A stretch of DNA of 64,000 bases from Candidatus Eiseniibacteriota bacterium (lineage in GTDB: Bacteria > Eisenbacteria > RBG-16-71-46): positions 224,001 through 288,000 of the forward strand of contig JBGAML010000001.1 in NCBI GenBank assembly GCA_044223005.1, in the 5' to 3' direction. The translations under genes and the position numbers were made by a program. Shown here in pieces: positions 1-12,380 of this stretch. Every line of letters begins with the position of its first letter. Position 1 is the first letter of the stretch. A model generated the notes under the pieces. It was not told the origin of the DNA, did not search any database, and saw nothing but the letters and a program-made list of their open reading frames with translations.

Positions 1-378
1 CGGACGCGCGTCGCCCCGCCAGGCGCGCGGCAGGATCGTGACGAGCGACGAGGGCAGCTCGGTGCCGTCGATCACCGCGGCGCCGACCAGGCGCAGGCCG
101 ACCGCGAACGCGTGCTTGCACAGCGGGCCGACCGGGCAGGAACAGACCGGCACGGGATGATCGGCGTCCAACCGCCAGCGCACGGCCCACGTCCGCGTGC
201 CTCGCACGCGCGCGCGCACGTCGTCACCGTCGCGCTCCACGTCGTAGACGCGGTCGGCGAGCGCGTAGTCGGTGCCGCGCGACGCGGCGAGCGACGGGAA
301 TGCGGCCAGCGACGCGGCGAGCGAGGCGAGCTGCGTCTCGGTCAGGGAGCGGGCGATGTCGTAGGGAAGTTCGCGCAA
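1..378 (-). CDS. SWIM zinc-finger protein, N-terminal part (runs off the window; possibly an SNF2-type helicase)
   Basis: My translation of the minus strand from TTG at 378 gives [12 protein letters not shown]...[12 protein letters not shown]...[12 protein letters not shown]...[16 protein letters not shown]. This has the CxC-x-CxH SWIM signature and is open to position 1. It is not in the supplied ORF track. Confidence 0.75.
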   Translation of the reverse strand, partial: MRELPYDIARSLTETQLASLAASLAAFPSLAASRGTDYALADRVYDVERDGDDVRARVRGTRTWAVRWRLDADHPVPVCSCPVGPLCKHAFAVGLRLVGAAVIDGTELPSSLVTILPRAWRGDARP

Positions 379-649
379 GTGCTCTCGAATCCGGTGGGAG
401 GCGTCAGAGGGCGAATCGGCAAGGGTACGGCCGGCAACAGGGGGCGACAAGCGGCCGCCTCGGCGCGGAGATCGGACGCAAGGTCCGGGCCGCCCCGGAC
501 GCGGATTCCGTGCGCCCTGCGACACCGCGATCGCCGCGGCCGGCCCGGTGCGGGGAGAGCGCCGCAGCCGCGATTCCCGCCAACGCGCGCCGTCGCCGGG
601 TTCTGCGCGAGGTCGAGGCATGACCGCCCGGCGGCGCACGCCCCGGACC

Positions 650-676
650 TCCAGCGCGCACGAGGACCGTCGACAC
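650..676 (+). promoter_or_regulatory. Putative sigma28/FliA-WhiG-type promoter
   Basis: TCCAG-N14-GTCGACAC upstream of the kinase. The same architecture precedes the second kinase (47424-47450). Confidence 0.4.
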
Positions 677-744
677 TCGGGAAGCGCGCCTCACCCTCGA
701 AACGCGAACTGCGGCGCGTGACTCCGAACCTCCGAGGAGCGGAT

Positions 745-3621
<2,877 letters not shown>

Positions 3622-3762
3622 ACGCCCCCGGCTCGCCGCGCGTCGCGCCCCGGTCCCGCGCCAACTCCCCTCTTCCCCTCCCGCGGCACGGGCGACTAGC
3701 CTGTATCCATCGACACTCCCCCCGCGGCCGCGCCGCGCGCCTCGAGTCTTCCGGAGGTTGCC

Positions 3763-5718
3763 GTGTCCCAGGATCTCTACGCCGTCAAGCCCGACATTCG
3801 CGAACGTGCCCACGTGAAGTCGATGTACGACTACGAGCAGATGTACAAGCGCTCGCTCGACGATCCGGTGGGCTTCTGGTCCGAGCAGGCGAAGGCGATC
3901 GAGTGGTTCCACCCGTGGACCACCGTGTTCGACGCCGACTACGACGAAGTGGACTTCTCGTGGTTCTCGGGCGGACGGCTCAACGCATGCTTCAATTGCG
4001 TCGACCGCCACTTGCCGACGCGCGGCGACCAGACCGCGATCATCTGGGCCGCCGACGAACCCGGCGTCTACAAGCACATCTCCTACCGCGAACTGAAGCA
4101 CAACGTCTGCCGGCTCGCGAACGTGCTGCTCGCGCACGGCGTCAAGAAGGGCGACCGCGTCTGCATCTACATGCCGATGATCCCCGAGACGGTGTACGCC
4201 ATGCTGGCGTGCGCGCGCATCGGCGCGGTGCACAGCGTGGTGTTCGGCGGGTTCTCGAGCGAGGCGCTGCGCGACCGAATCGTCGACGCGCGCTGCAAGG
4301 TGCTCATCACCGCCAACGAGGGCCTGCGCGGTGGCCGCAAGATCCCGCTCAAGCAGATCGCCGACCGCGCGGTCGAGGGCATGTCGCTGGTCGAGACCGT
4401 GCTCGTGGCACGGCGCACCGAGCACGACGTGCCCATGCAGCACGGGCGCGATCACTGGCTCGACGAGGAGATGAAGAAGCAGCGCTCGACCTGCACCAAC
4501 GCGTGGATGGGCGCCGAGGATCCGCTGTTCATCCTCTACACCTCGGGCAGCACCGGGAAGCCCAAGGGCCTCCTGCACACGACCGGCGGCTACATGGTCT
4601 ACGCCGCGATGACGCACAAGGTCGTGTTCGACTACCACGCCGGCGACATCTACTGCTGCGCCGCCGACGTGGGCTGGATCACGGGGCACAGCTACATCGT
4701 GTACGGCCCGCTGGCCAACGGCGCGACCACGGTGATGTTCGAGTCCACGCCCACGTACCCGGACGCGAGCCGCTACTGGCGCGTGGTGGACGACCTCGGG
4801 ATCAACATCTTCTACACCGCGCCCACCGCGCTGCGCGCGATCGCGCAGGCCGGCGACGAGCCCGTGAAGCGCCACAAGCGCACCTCGCTGCGGATCCTCG
4901 GCTCCGTCGGCGAGCCCATCAACCCCGAGATCTGGCGCTGGTACCACGACGTGGTCGGCGACGGACGTTGTGCGGTCGTGGATACGTGGTGGCAGACCGA
5001 GACGGGCGGCATCCTGATCACGCCGCTGCCCGGCGTGACGCCGACCAAGCCCGGCAGCGCGACGCTGCCGTTCTTCGGCGTGAAGCCGCTGGTCGTGAAT
5101 CCCGAGACCGCCGAGATCCTCGAGGGCAACGGCGTCTCCGGCGCGCTCTGCCTGGCGGCGCCGTGGCCGGGCCAGGCGCGCACCGTGTGGGGCGACCACC
5201 AGCGCTTCAAGGAAACGTACTTCACGCAATACAAGGGCTTCTACTTCACCGGCGACGGCTGCCGGCGCGACGAGGACGGCTACTACTGGATCACCGGCCG
5301 CATCGACGACGTGCTCAACGTCTCGGGCCACCGGCTCGGCACCGCCGAGGTCGAGAGCGCGCTGGTCGCGCATGAGGCCGTCGCCGAGGCCGCCGTGGTC
5401 GGCTACCCGCACGCGATCAAGGGCCAGGGCATCTACGCCTACGTGCTCGTCAACGCCGAGTTCGCAGGCACCCCGCGCGAGCAGCTGGAGGGCGGGCTCA
5501 AGGAGCAGGTGCGGCACGCGATCGGCGGCTTCGCCGCGCCGGACGTGATCCACATCGCGCCCGGGCTGCCCAAGACGCGCAGCGGAAAGATCATGCGCCG
5601 CATCCTGCGCAAGATCGCCGCGGGCGAGTACGACGGCCTCGGCGACGTGACGACGCTCGCCGAGCCCGAGGTGGTGGACAAGCTGATCGAGCAGCACCGC
5701 CGCGACCACGCAGTCTAG
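3763..5718 (+). CDS. acs: Acetyl-CoA synthetase (AMP-forming)
   Basis: [41 protein letters not shown] and [12 protein letters not shown] motifs; GGAGG RBS before the GTG. Confidence 0.97.
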   Translation: MSQDLYAVKPDIRERAHVKSMYDYEQMYKRSLDDPVGFWSEQAKAIEWFHPWTTVFDADYDEVDFSWFSGGRLNACFNCVDRHLPTRGDQTAIIWAADEPGVYKHISYRELKHNVCRLANVLLAHGVKKGDRVCIYMPMIPETVYAMLACARIGAVHSVVFGGFSSEALRDRIVDARCKVLITANEGLRGGRKIPLKQIADRAVEGMSLVETVLVARRTEHDVPMQHGRDHWLDEEMKKQRSTCTNAWMGAEDPLFILYTSGSTGKPKGLLHTTGGYMVYAAMTHKVVFDYHAGDIYCCAADVGWITGHSYIVYGPLANGATTVMFESTPTYPDASRYWRVVDDLGINIFYTAPTALRAIAQAGDEPVKRHKRTSLRILGSVGEPINPEIWRWYHDVVGDGRCAVVDTWWQTETGGILITPLPGVTPTKPGSATLPFFGVKPLVVNPETAEILEGNGVSGALCLAAPWPGQARTVWGDHQRFKETYFTQYKGFYFTGDGCRRDEDGYYWITGRIDDVLNVSGHRLGTAEVESALVAHEAVAEAAVVGYPHAIKGQGIYAYVLVNAEFAGTPREQLEGGLKEQVRHAIGGFAAPDVIHIAPGLPKTRSGKIMRRILRKIAAGEYDGLGDVTTLAEPEVVDKLIEQHRRDHAV

Positions 5719-5737
5719 CGCTCGTACGCGAAACGCG

Positions 5738-5775
5738 AGAGGCCCGGGCGATTCCGATCGCCCGGGCCTCTTGTT
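5738..5775 (+). terminator. Intrinsic terminator between convergent genes
   Basis: AGAGGCCCGGGCGAT-TCCG-ATCGCCCGGGCCTCT perfect 15-bp stem followed by TGTT. Confidence 0.8.
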
Positions 5776-5791
5776 GCGTACATGGGGCGTC

Positions 5792-6235
5792 CTACGGGAT
5801 CTCGGGCTCCACCAGCTTTGCCAGCATCACGAGCGATTCCTGCCAGCCCAAGTAGCACATCTCGGCCGGGATCATCTCCGGGATGCCTTCCTGCACGGCC
5901 GTGATCTCGGTGCCGCACGAGACGGCCTTCAGCTCGATCGTCGTCGTCATGACCCCCGGCAGGTTCGGATCGTCGAACTTGTCGGTGTAGACGAGCCGCT
6001 GGCCCGGAACGACTTCGAGATACTCGCCCCCGAAGGAGTGGCCATGGCCGGTCGAGAAGTTCACGAACGTCATCCGGAACTTGCCGCCCGTGCACACGTC
6101 GAGTTCGTGGACCTTGCAGAGAAATCCATATGGCGGGAGCCAGCGAGCGATGGCATCGGCATCCGTGAACGCACGAAAGACTTTCTCGGGCTTCGCGCGC
6201 AGGACGCGGTGAAGACGAACGGTTCCGGTGGGCAC
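5792..6235 (-). CDS. SRPBCC/AHSA1 (START-like) domain protein
   Basis: TVRLHRVLRAKPEKVFRAFTD...GGEYLEVVPGQRLVYTDKFDD...CYLGWQESL is a typical AHSA1-like sequence. Confidence 0.88.
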   Translation of the reverse strand: MPTGTVRLHRVLRAKPEKVFRAFTDADAIARWLPPYGFLCKVHELDVCTGGKFRMTFVNFSTGHGHSFGGEYLEVVPGQRLVYTDKFDDPNLPGVMTTTIELKAVSCGTEITAVQEGIPEMIPAEMCYLGWQESLVMLAKLVEPEIP

Positions 6236-6323
6236 GAGTGGGGCCGCCTTTCGGGATGGAGTGAAACGCGGGGATGGCGCGGCCGGGAACGATAGCGCGT
6301 CCCGCGGCCCGACGCCCGCGCGA

Positions 6324-6509
6324 TCAGCCGCGATCGGACTCGCGTTTTCGCTCGCGGGCCGCGTCGAGCTCGCGAACGAGCCGGTGCATCTCCTCGAGCC
6401 ACGCGAGCCGCTCGTCGATGGAGAGTTGCGCGAAGCGCCGGCGCTGGGCGCGCTCGTGCCCGTCCCAGCCGTCTTCCCAGAGGCGGCCATCGTCGCGGGG
6501 TCCGTTCAC
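6324..6509 (-). CDS. Small (61 aa) helical protein, putative partner of the upstream nucleotidyltransferase
   Basis: GTG start overlaps the upstream TGA stop (GTGA); sequence WEDGWDGHERAQRRRFAQLSIDERLAWLEEM. Confidence 0.65.
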   Translation of the reverse strand: MNGPRDDGRLWEDGWDGHERAQRRRFAQLSIDERLAWLEEMHRLVRELDAARERKRESDRG

Positions 6510-7009
6510 GGCGCGTCCTTCCGCAACGACTCGAGACCCTCGACGTCCGCGAGATCGCGCGGCCGGCCGGCCCGCCGCTTCATGGCGATCAGGTCGTCGA
6601 GCGACACGAACGCGAGCGGCACGCCCGCTTCGGTCGTGAGCACGAACGCGCGCGCGTGCGCGGCGTCGAACTCGAAGGGCGGCTCGAGGAAGAGGGAGAT
6701 TTCCGTGGTGGGATGCTGCGCGCTCGCGAGCGAGAACACGCTCATGTGCTTCTCGCGCGCCCACTCGGCGCGCTTCGCGGCATCGGCGTCTTCGGCGAAC
6801 GCGACCGGTGCGCGCGGAACGTAACCCAGTGCCTCCAACGCGCCGACGGCGCGGGCGAGCGCACCCGGGTCCGGATCGAGCACGAGGTCCAGGTCGTAGG
6901 TCACACGTCCGAACCCGTGCGCCACGACGGCAAGGCCGCCCGCGAACAGGTAGCGAACGCGGGCATTCTCCAGCGCTCGAACCACGGCTTCGATGCTGCG
7001 GCGTTCCAC
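6506..7009 (-). CDS. Pol-beta superfamily nucleotidyltransferase (DUF6036/AbiEii-like)
   Basis: YLFAGGLAVVAHGFGRVTYDLDLV (GG.A...T.D.D) and C-terminal LDDLIAMKRRAGRPRDLAD. Confidence 0.82.
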   Translation of the reverse strand: MERRSIEAVVRALENARVRYLFAGGLAVVAHGFGRVTYDLDLVLDPDPGALARAVGALEALGYVPRAPVAFAEDADAAKRAEWAREKHMSVFSLASAQHPTTEISLFLEPPFEFDAAHARAFVLTTEAGVPLAFVSLDDLIAMKRRAGRPRDLADVEGLESLRKDAP

Positions 7010-7303
7010 GTCGAATCGTCCTCGGGTCACGGCGAAGCGCTTCGCGGGGGCGTTCACGCGGGGGCGATGCGGGAACATGATGCGTCGGCCGGGCGCGGCG
7101 CGGCAAGCGTGGGCAAGCGGAGAGCCGCGGCGCAGCGGCACCGCCCGCATCGCTCGCCCTCGTGACGCGGCAGCACGCTTTTCGCGCTCCGGGCGACCTC
7201 GACGTGTGCGACAATCCGTCCCGGGTCGCGGCACGTCCTCCCGCCCCGCCTGGCGCCGGCCCCTCCGCGCGCCGATTCGGGCCCATTGGTCCGGGAGGAC
7301 CTC

Positions 7304-10024
7304 ATGCCGTTCTCGCGCACGCGCCCGCACGCGACCGCGCTCCCCCCGCATCGCGACGTTCTTCTCCTCGTCCTCGTCGTGTCGCTCGCCTTCGCCACCG
7401 TTGCACGTGCCCAGGTGGCGGACCCCGACTTCTGGGTCACCGATGGCAAGGTCAGCGCCTCGGTCCTGCTCGGCGACACGCTCTACGTGGGCGGCGGGTT
7501 CCAGTACGTCGGTCCCTGGACGGGCGGCTTCGGCCGCATCGATCGCATCCGGGGAGACGTGCTCGCGGGCTCCCCTCGCGTCGAGGGCACCGTGAACGCC
7601 GCGCTCCCCGACGGCGCGGGCGGCTGGTACATCGGCGGCTCGTTCCAGAAGGTCTCGGGCGTCCCGCGCGCCAATGCCGCGCACATCCTCGCCGACGGCA
7701 CGCTCGACGCGTGGAACCCGGCGCCGAACGGTGTCGTGAACGCGCTCGTGCGCCACGGCGGTTCGATCGTCGCGGGCGGGACGTTCCTGTCGATCGGCGG
7801 GCAGGTGCGCAACAACCTCGGCGAGGTGGACGCGGTGACCGGGCTCGCGACCTCCTGGGCACCCGCGGCCAACGGCCAGGTGCGCGCGCTCGCGCTCGCG
7901 GGTTCGACGCTCTACGTGGGCGGCTCCTTCACGTCGATCGGCGGACTCGCGCGAAACTACCTCGCCTCGTTCGATCTCGGCACCCACACGATCGACGCGT
8001 GGGCACCGCAGCCGGATGCGTACGTGCAGGTCCTGCTGCTCGCGAACGGGCACCTCTACGTCGCGGGCAACTTCTCGAACATCGGCGGCCAGGCGCGCGG
8101 AACGGTCGCGGCGCTGGATCCCGCCACGGGGCTCGCCACCGCGTGGCACCCGATCGTCGGCGGGTTCGTCTACGCCCTGGCCGCAAGGGACACCGTCGTC
8201 TACATCGGCGGCAACGTCTACATGGTCGGTGGGCAGTCCCGGAACTACCTCGGGGCCGTCGGGGCCACGAGCGGCACGGCCACCGCCTGGGATCCCGCGC
8301 CCAACGGCATCGTGTGGTCGCTGCTTGCGGTTCCCGCGGGTCTCGTCGCCGGCGGGGCGTTCAACGGGATCGGCGGGCGGGCCGTGGGACACGTCGCGCT
8401 GCTGAACACGCTCACGGGAACCGCCGCGTCCGGGAGCCCGCACACGGACAACGTGGTCAGCACGCTCGTGTCGGCCGGCGACACGCTGTGCATCGCGGGG
8501 AGCTTCACGAGCTTCGGCATGAAGCCGCGCAGCAACCTCGCGGCGATCGATCTCGCGACCGGCGCGGCCACGGACTGGAACCCCGGCGCGAACAGCCCGG
8601 TCAACGTGATGCTCGCGGACCGCGGCGCGCTGTGGGTCGGCGGTGCGTTCACCTACGTGGGCGGCCAGTTTCGCAATCGGATCGCGCTGCTGGATCCGCT
8701 CACCGGCGCGGCGCGCGCCGCGAATCCCGGCGCGGACAACAACCTCCTCGCACTGGCGTCGGACGGCGTGCGCCTGTACGCGGGCGGCCAGTTCACGCAG
8801 TTCGGCGGGCAGTCGCGCGCCCACCTCGCGTCGCTCGACCTCGCGACGGGCGCGACGACCGCATGGAACCCCAACGCGAACTCGGCCGTCTACTCGCTCG
8901 CGCTTTCCGGCGCCACGATCTACGCCGGCGGCGTCTTCGGCACGATCGGGGCGCTGACGCGTGCGAACGTGGCCGCGATCGATTCGTCGACGGGGCTCGC
9001 GACAGCGTGGAACCCGCAGGTCTACGGCGTCGTCTACGGGCTCGCCACGCTCGGGGACCGCGTGTTCCTGGGCGGCAGCTTCCGCCAGATCGGCGGCGTG
9101 CTGCGCGACCACGTCGCCGCGCTCGACGCCGTCTCCGGCATGACCACGCCGCTGGACCCGGCGGCGAACGGCGACGTCTACCTGCTGGTGCCGCGCGACA
9201 CGACGCTCTGGGTCGGCGGCTACTTCGGCAACGTCGGCAACGCCCCGCGAGCCTACGTGGGCCAAATCGACACGACGAGTTCGTTCGCCACCTCGTGGCG
9301 CGCCGACGCGGACCTGCGCGTCGCGACGCTCCAGTTCCGCGATCCGGTGATGTACGCCGGCGGCGAGTTCTCGGTCATCGCGGGGCGGCAGCGGCGCGGA
9401 CTCGCGCGGCTCTATCCGGGCCCAGTCGCGGCTCCGGCCGTCGCCGTGCTCTCGCCCAACGGTGGCGAACTCGTCGCGCTCGGATCCGTCCGGCAGATCC
9501 GTTGGACCGCGTCCATTCCCGCACCGGGCGTGCAGTCGGTCGACGTCTACGTTTCGCGCGCCGGTCCCGCGGGGCCGTGGGAGCTGGTGGTCGCGGGCTC
9601 GCCCAACTCGGGCCACGCGAACTGGAGCGTCGGCGGTACCGCGAGCGCGAACGCGTACGTGCGCGTCGACGCGCGCGACTGGACCGGCGCGATCGGCTCG
9701 GACCTGAGCGACGGCCCGTTCACGATCGCGGCCGCGCCGCTCGGGGCCGTGCCCGCGACGCCCGCGCTCGCGCTCTCGGGCGTCGCGCCCAACCCGCTCG
9801 CGGGCCCGGGGCGTGTCGCCTACGCGCTGCCGCGCCGCGCGGAGGTCCGGCTGGCACTGCTCGACCTCCAGGGACGGCTCGTGCGCACTCTGGAGCGCGG
9901 CGAGCGCGACGCGGGCCCGCACGAAGTCCCGCTCGACGCGGCCCGCCTCGCGCCGGGACTCTACGTGGTGCGCCTGCAAGCGGAGGGCGCGGACCTGAGA
10001 CGCAAGATCGTGATCGTTCACTGA
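7304..10024 (+). CDS. Secreted repeat (beta-propeller-like) protein with Ig-like module and C-terminal T9SS/FlgD-like sorting domain
   Basis: Signal peptide ending VARA-Q; many LYVGGxF...IGG..R..LAA.D..TG....W.P.AN repeats; CTD PNP...LLDLQGRLVRTL...GLYVVRL; GGAGG RBS. Confidence 0.85.
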   Translation: MPFSRTRPHATALPPHRDVLLLVLVVSLAFATVARAQVADPDFWVTDGKVSASVLLGDTLYVGGGFQYVGPWTGGFGRIDRIRGDVLAGSPRVEGTVNAALPDGAGGWYIGGSFQKVSGVPRANAAHILADGTLDAWNPAPNGVVNALVRHGGSIVAGGTFLSIGGQVRNNLGEVDAVTGLATSWAPAANGQVRALALAGSTLYVGGSFTSIGGLARNYLASFDLGTHTIDAWAPQPDAYVQVLLLANGHLYVAGNFSNIGGQARGTVAALDPATGLATAWHPIVGGFVYALAARDTVVYIGGNVYMVGGQSRNYLGAVGATSGTATAWDPAPNGIVWSLLAVPAGLVAGGAFNGIGGRAVGHVALLNTLTGTAASGSPHTDNVVSTLVSAGDTLCIAGSFTSFGMKPRSNLAAIDLATGAATDWNPGANSPVNVMLADRGALWVGGAFTYVGGQFRNRIALLDPLTGAARAANPGADNNLLALASDGVRLYAGGQFTQFGGQSRAHLASLDLATGATTAWNPNANSAVYSLALSGATIYAGGVFGTIGALTRANVAAIDSSTGLATAWNPQVYGVVYGLATLGDRVFLGGSFRQIGGVLRDHVAALDAVSGMTTPLDPAANGDVYLLVPRDTTLWVGGYFGNVGNAPRAYVGQIDTTSSFATSWRADADLRVATLQFRDPVMYAGGEFSVIAGRQRRGLARLYPGPVAAPAVAVLSPNGGELVALGSVRQIRWTASIPAPGVQSVDVYVSRAGPAGPWELVVAGSPNSGHANWSVGGTASANAYVRVDARDWTGAIGSDLSDGPFTIAAAPLGAVPATPALALSGVAPNPLAGPGRVAYALPRRAEVRLALLDLQGRLVRTLERGERDAGPHEVPLDAARLAPGLYVVRLQAEGADLRRKIVIVH

Positions 10025-10089
10025 AATGCCGGATCCTCGCGGGGCCCGTGCGCTTGCGGCCCTCGGGCTCCGCGCCGACAATGCCCTCC

Positions 10090-10452
10090 ATGATCTGGCT
10101 CATCCTCACGCCCGCAGTGCTCTCGCTGCTCGTGCTCGGCGCGCATTACCTGCGCGAGGGGCAGCTGGTCATGTGCGGCCTGTTCGTCGTGAATGCGCTC
10201 ACGCTGCTGTTCGTGCGGAACCGCTGGTATCCGCGCCTCACGCAACTCGTGCTCGGGCTCGGCTTGATCGTCTGGGCGCTCGCGCTGCGGGATTTCATGC
10301 ACGAGCGCCAGGCCTCCGGCGAGCCGGTGACGCGACTGGTCGTGATCATGGGCGCCGTCATGGCGGTGGACGTGCTTGCGATCGTGCTGCTCGGCACGGC
10401 CCGCGTGCGCGCGCATTTCACGCCGAAGCCCGTGGACGTACCCGCCGCGTGA
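10090..10452 (+). CDS. Hypothetical integral membrane protein (about 4 TM)
   Basis: Four hydrophobic segments; its stop overlaps the next start (GTGA); GACAAT lies 7 nt upstream of the ATG. ATG at 10081 is an alternative start. Confidence 0.7.
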   Translation: MIWLILTPAVLSLLVLGAHYLREGQLVMCGLFVVNALTLLFVRNRWYPRLTQLVLGLGLIVWALALRDFMHERQASGEPVTRLVVIMGAVMAVDVLAIVLLGTARVRAHFTPKPVDVPAA

Positions 10453-11018
10453 TCCGCCCCACCTCGATCCCGCGCCTCGAAACGCCGCGGCTCGTCCTGC
10501 GCGCGCTCGAGCCCGGCGATGCGCCCGCGATCTTCGCGATCCTCGCGGACCCCGAGACGGTGCGCTACTGGAGCACGCCGCCCATGCAGTCGGTCGCCGA
10601 GGCCGAGGCGCTGATCGCGCGCGATGCGCAGTACATCGCCGAGGGGAGCGGGCAGCGCTGGGCCTTGTGCCCGCGCGAAGGCGGCGACACGATCGGCACC
10701 ATCTCGCTCTTTCGCTTCGACGAGCAGAGCGACCGCGCCGAGATCGGCTACGTGCTCGCGCGCGAGACGTGGGGCAAGGGCTTCATGAGCGAAGCGCTCT
10801 CGGCCGTGATCGACTATGCGTTCGACACGCTGCACCTGCGGCGGCTCGAGGCGGACACCGATCCGCGCAACGAGGGCTCCGTGAAGCTCCTCGCGCGGAT
10901 GGGCTTCGCGCGCGAAGGCCTCCTGCGCGAACGTTGGGTCGTGGCCGGCGAGATCTCCGACACGCTCTTCTCCGGACTGCTCGCGCGCGAGTGGCGCGCG
11001 CGCCGCACCGCGCGCTGA
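10449..11018 (+). CDS. RimJ/RimL-family GNAT N-acetyltransferase
   Basis: LETPRLVLRAL...AEIGYVLARETWGKGFMSEAL...DPRNEGSVKLLARMGFAREG. Confidence 0.9.
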   Translation: MIRPTSIPRLETPRLVLRALEPGDAPAIFAILADPETVRYWSTPPMQSVAEAEALIARDAQYIAEGSGQRWALCPREGGDTIGTISLFRFDEQSDRAEIGYVLARETWGKGFMSEALSAVIDYAFDTLHLRRLEADTDPRNEGSVKLLARMGFAREGLLRERWVVAGEISDTLFSGLLAREWRARRTAR

Positions 11019-11043
11019 GCGCGGCGCGGCATCGCTCCGCCGT

Positions 11044-11517
11044 TCAGCGGCGCCGGGCCGTCTTCGCGACCAGCTCCTCGAGCTGCAGCCGATGCCGCAT
11101 CGGGTGCGCGACCGCATGCTCGAGCATCGCCTCCACGGTCATCGGCGCGCCCCAGCGTGTCGTGTGCACGGTCTTGGACTCCAGCACGCGGTCGGTCATC
11201 CAGGCTGCGTGCTTGTGCCACGCGCGTTCGAGCACGTCGAGGTAGGCCGCGGCCTTCGCGGGTACGTCGTCGGCATCGGGCGGATCGGCCAACTTGGGTT
11301 CGGGCCGCCCCAGCACCTCGCAGAGCCACGTGAGGTAGCCGCGGCACGAGCGCAGCGGATGCCGCATGAGCAGGTCGAGGCTCGCATACGCCGGATCGTT
11401 CGTCTTGGGGAGCTTCACTCCCGCGCGCTTCGCCTTGCGCCACACCGCGTGCAGCCGGCGCATCTCCTCCATCTGCAGCATCACCAGGGCGCGCACACCG
11501 CGCGAGCGGAACGCCAT
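11044..11517 (-). CDS. DinB/YfiT-like four-helix protein
   Basis: Early His (LMRH) and C-terminal LEHAVAHPMRHRLQL give the DinB His triad pattern; GAGGAG RBS. Confidence 0.75.
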   Translation of the reverse strand: MAFRSRGVRALVMLQMEEMRRLHAVWRKAKRAGVKLPKTNDPAYASLDLLMRHPLRSCRGYLTWLCEVLGRPEPKLADPPDADDVPAKAAAYLDVLERAWHKHAAWMTDRVLESKTVHTTRWGAPMTVEAMLEHAVAHPMRHRLQLEELVAKTARRR

Positions 11518-11564
11518 CACGTGTCTCCTCGAGGTGCGCCGCGTTGCGGCCGGCGCGTGGGGTC

Positions 11565-12260
11565 TCAGCTCTCCGATGATTCGCCCAGCCGCGCTTCCAG
11601 CGCCGCGACGCGCTCGGCGAGCCGCGCCATTTCTTCGCGCAGCGAAGCGATGTCGCCGCCACCCGTGGCCGGTGAAGCCGCCGGCGCCGCCGCCGGCGTC
11701 CACGTCTCGTCGCTCCCGCGCCCGGCCCAGTGTGCGCGTACCACGTCCATCTCCGGCGGCAGGTAGAGCGCGTGCGACACCACCTGGCCGCGCCCGGGCG
11801 GCGTCAGCGCCACCACGAGGCCGCGCTCGACCAGCGCGTCGACGATCGCTTTCAGCGCCGCCTGGTCGGCGATGGGCTCCATGCGCGCAGCGCGTGCACG
11901 CAGCTCGCCCAGCGGCTGCGCGCCGCGGAGCAGCAACTCCGTCATCACCGCGAGCTCCACGGGCGTCACGCCGAGCCACTCGTGCGCGTGGTGCTTGTAC
12001 TTGGGCACGCGCCCCAGCCAGTCGATCTCGCTCGTGGCCTTGAGGCCGGCGAGCTCGGACAGCGCGCGCTCGACATCGGTGTCGTCGTACGCCGTGTGCG
12101 GGTCGCGATTGTTCTTCTGGTTGCAACCCGCGACGATGGCGTTGACGCTCATCGGATAGCCCGCGGGCGTCGTCTTGGCCTTCTCGACGAGCACACCGAG
12201 CACGCGGCGCTGCGTCGCTTCCAGCGGCCGCCAAGATCGTTCGGTCGGCATCTCGGGCAT
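11565..12260 (-). CDS. DUF480 (YceH/UPF0502) family protein
   Basis: RRVLGVLVEKAKTTPAGYPMSVNAIVAGCNQKNNRDP...LLLRGAQPLGELR, plus a C-terminal coiled coil. Confidence 0.9.
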   Translation of the reverse strand: MPEMPTERSWRPLEATQRRVLGVLVEKAKTTPAGYPMSVNAIVAGCNQKNNRDPHTAYDDTDVERALSELAGLKATSEIDWLGRVPKYKHHAHEWLGVTPVELAVMTELLLRGAQPLGELRARAARMEPIADQAALKAIVDALVERGLVVALTPPGRGQVVSHALYLPPEMDVVRAHWAGRGSDETWTPAAAPAASPATGGGDIASLREEMARLAERVAALEARLGESSES

Positions 12261-12380
12261 GCGCTCTCCGGGGTCACGGAAATGAGGCGGGAATCCCGCC
12301 CCGAAGCTAGCGCACGCGCGCTCCGGCGGCCACCTCAGGGTCAGATTCACAACGCGTTGCGACATCGGCAGTTGTCCGTG

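Noticed and set aside
279..324. Direct repeat GCGACGCGGCGAGCGA occurring twice
   Set aside because: It encodes repeated SLAAS within the SWIM gene. There are only two copies, so it is not a CRISPR or an att site.
112..744. N-terminal 211 aa of the 1169-aa kinase ORF (similar over-extensions in the cusA, cusB, emrB, cytochrome and second kinase ORFs)
   Set aside because: The extension overlaps the SWIM gene and intergenic DNA. Better starts with an RBS or stop-start overlap lie downstream.
7450..9420. Periodic DNA repeats that could suggest an array
   Set aside because: They are degenerate in-frame protein repeats, not CRISPR or non-coding repeats.
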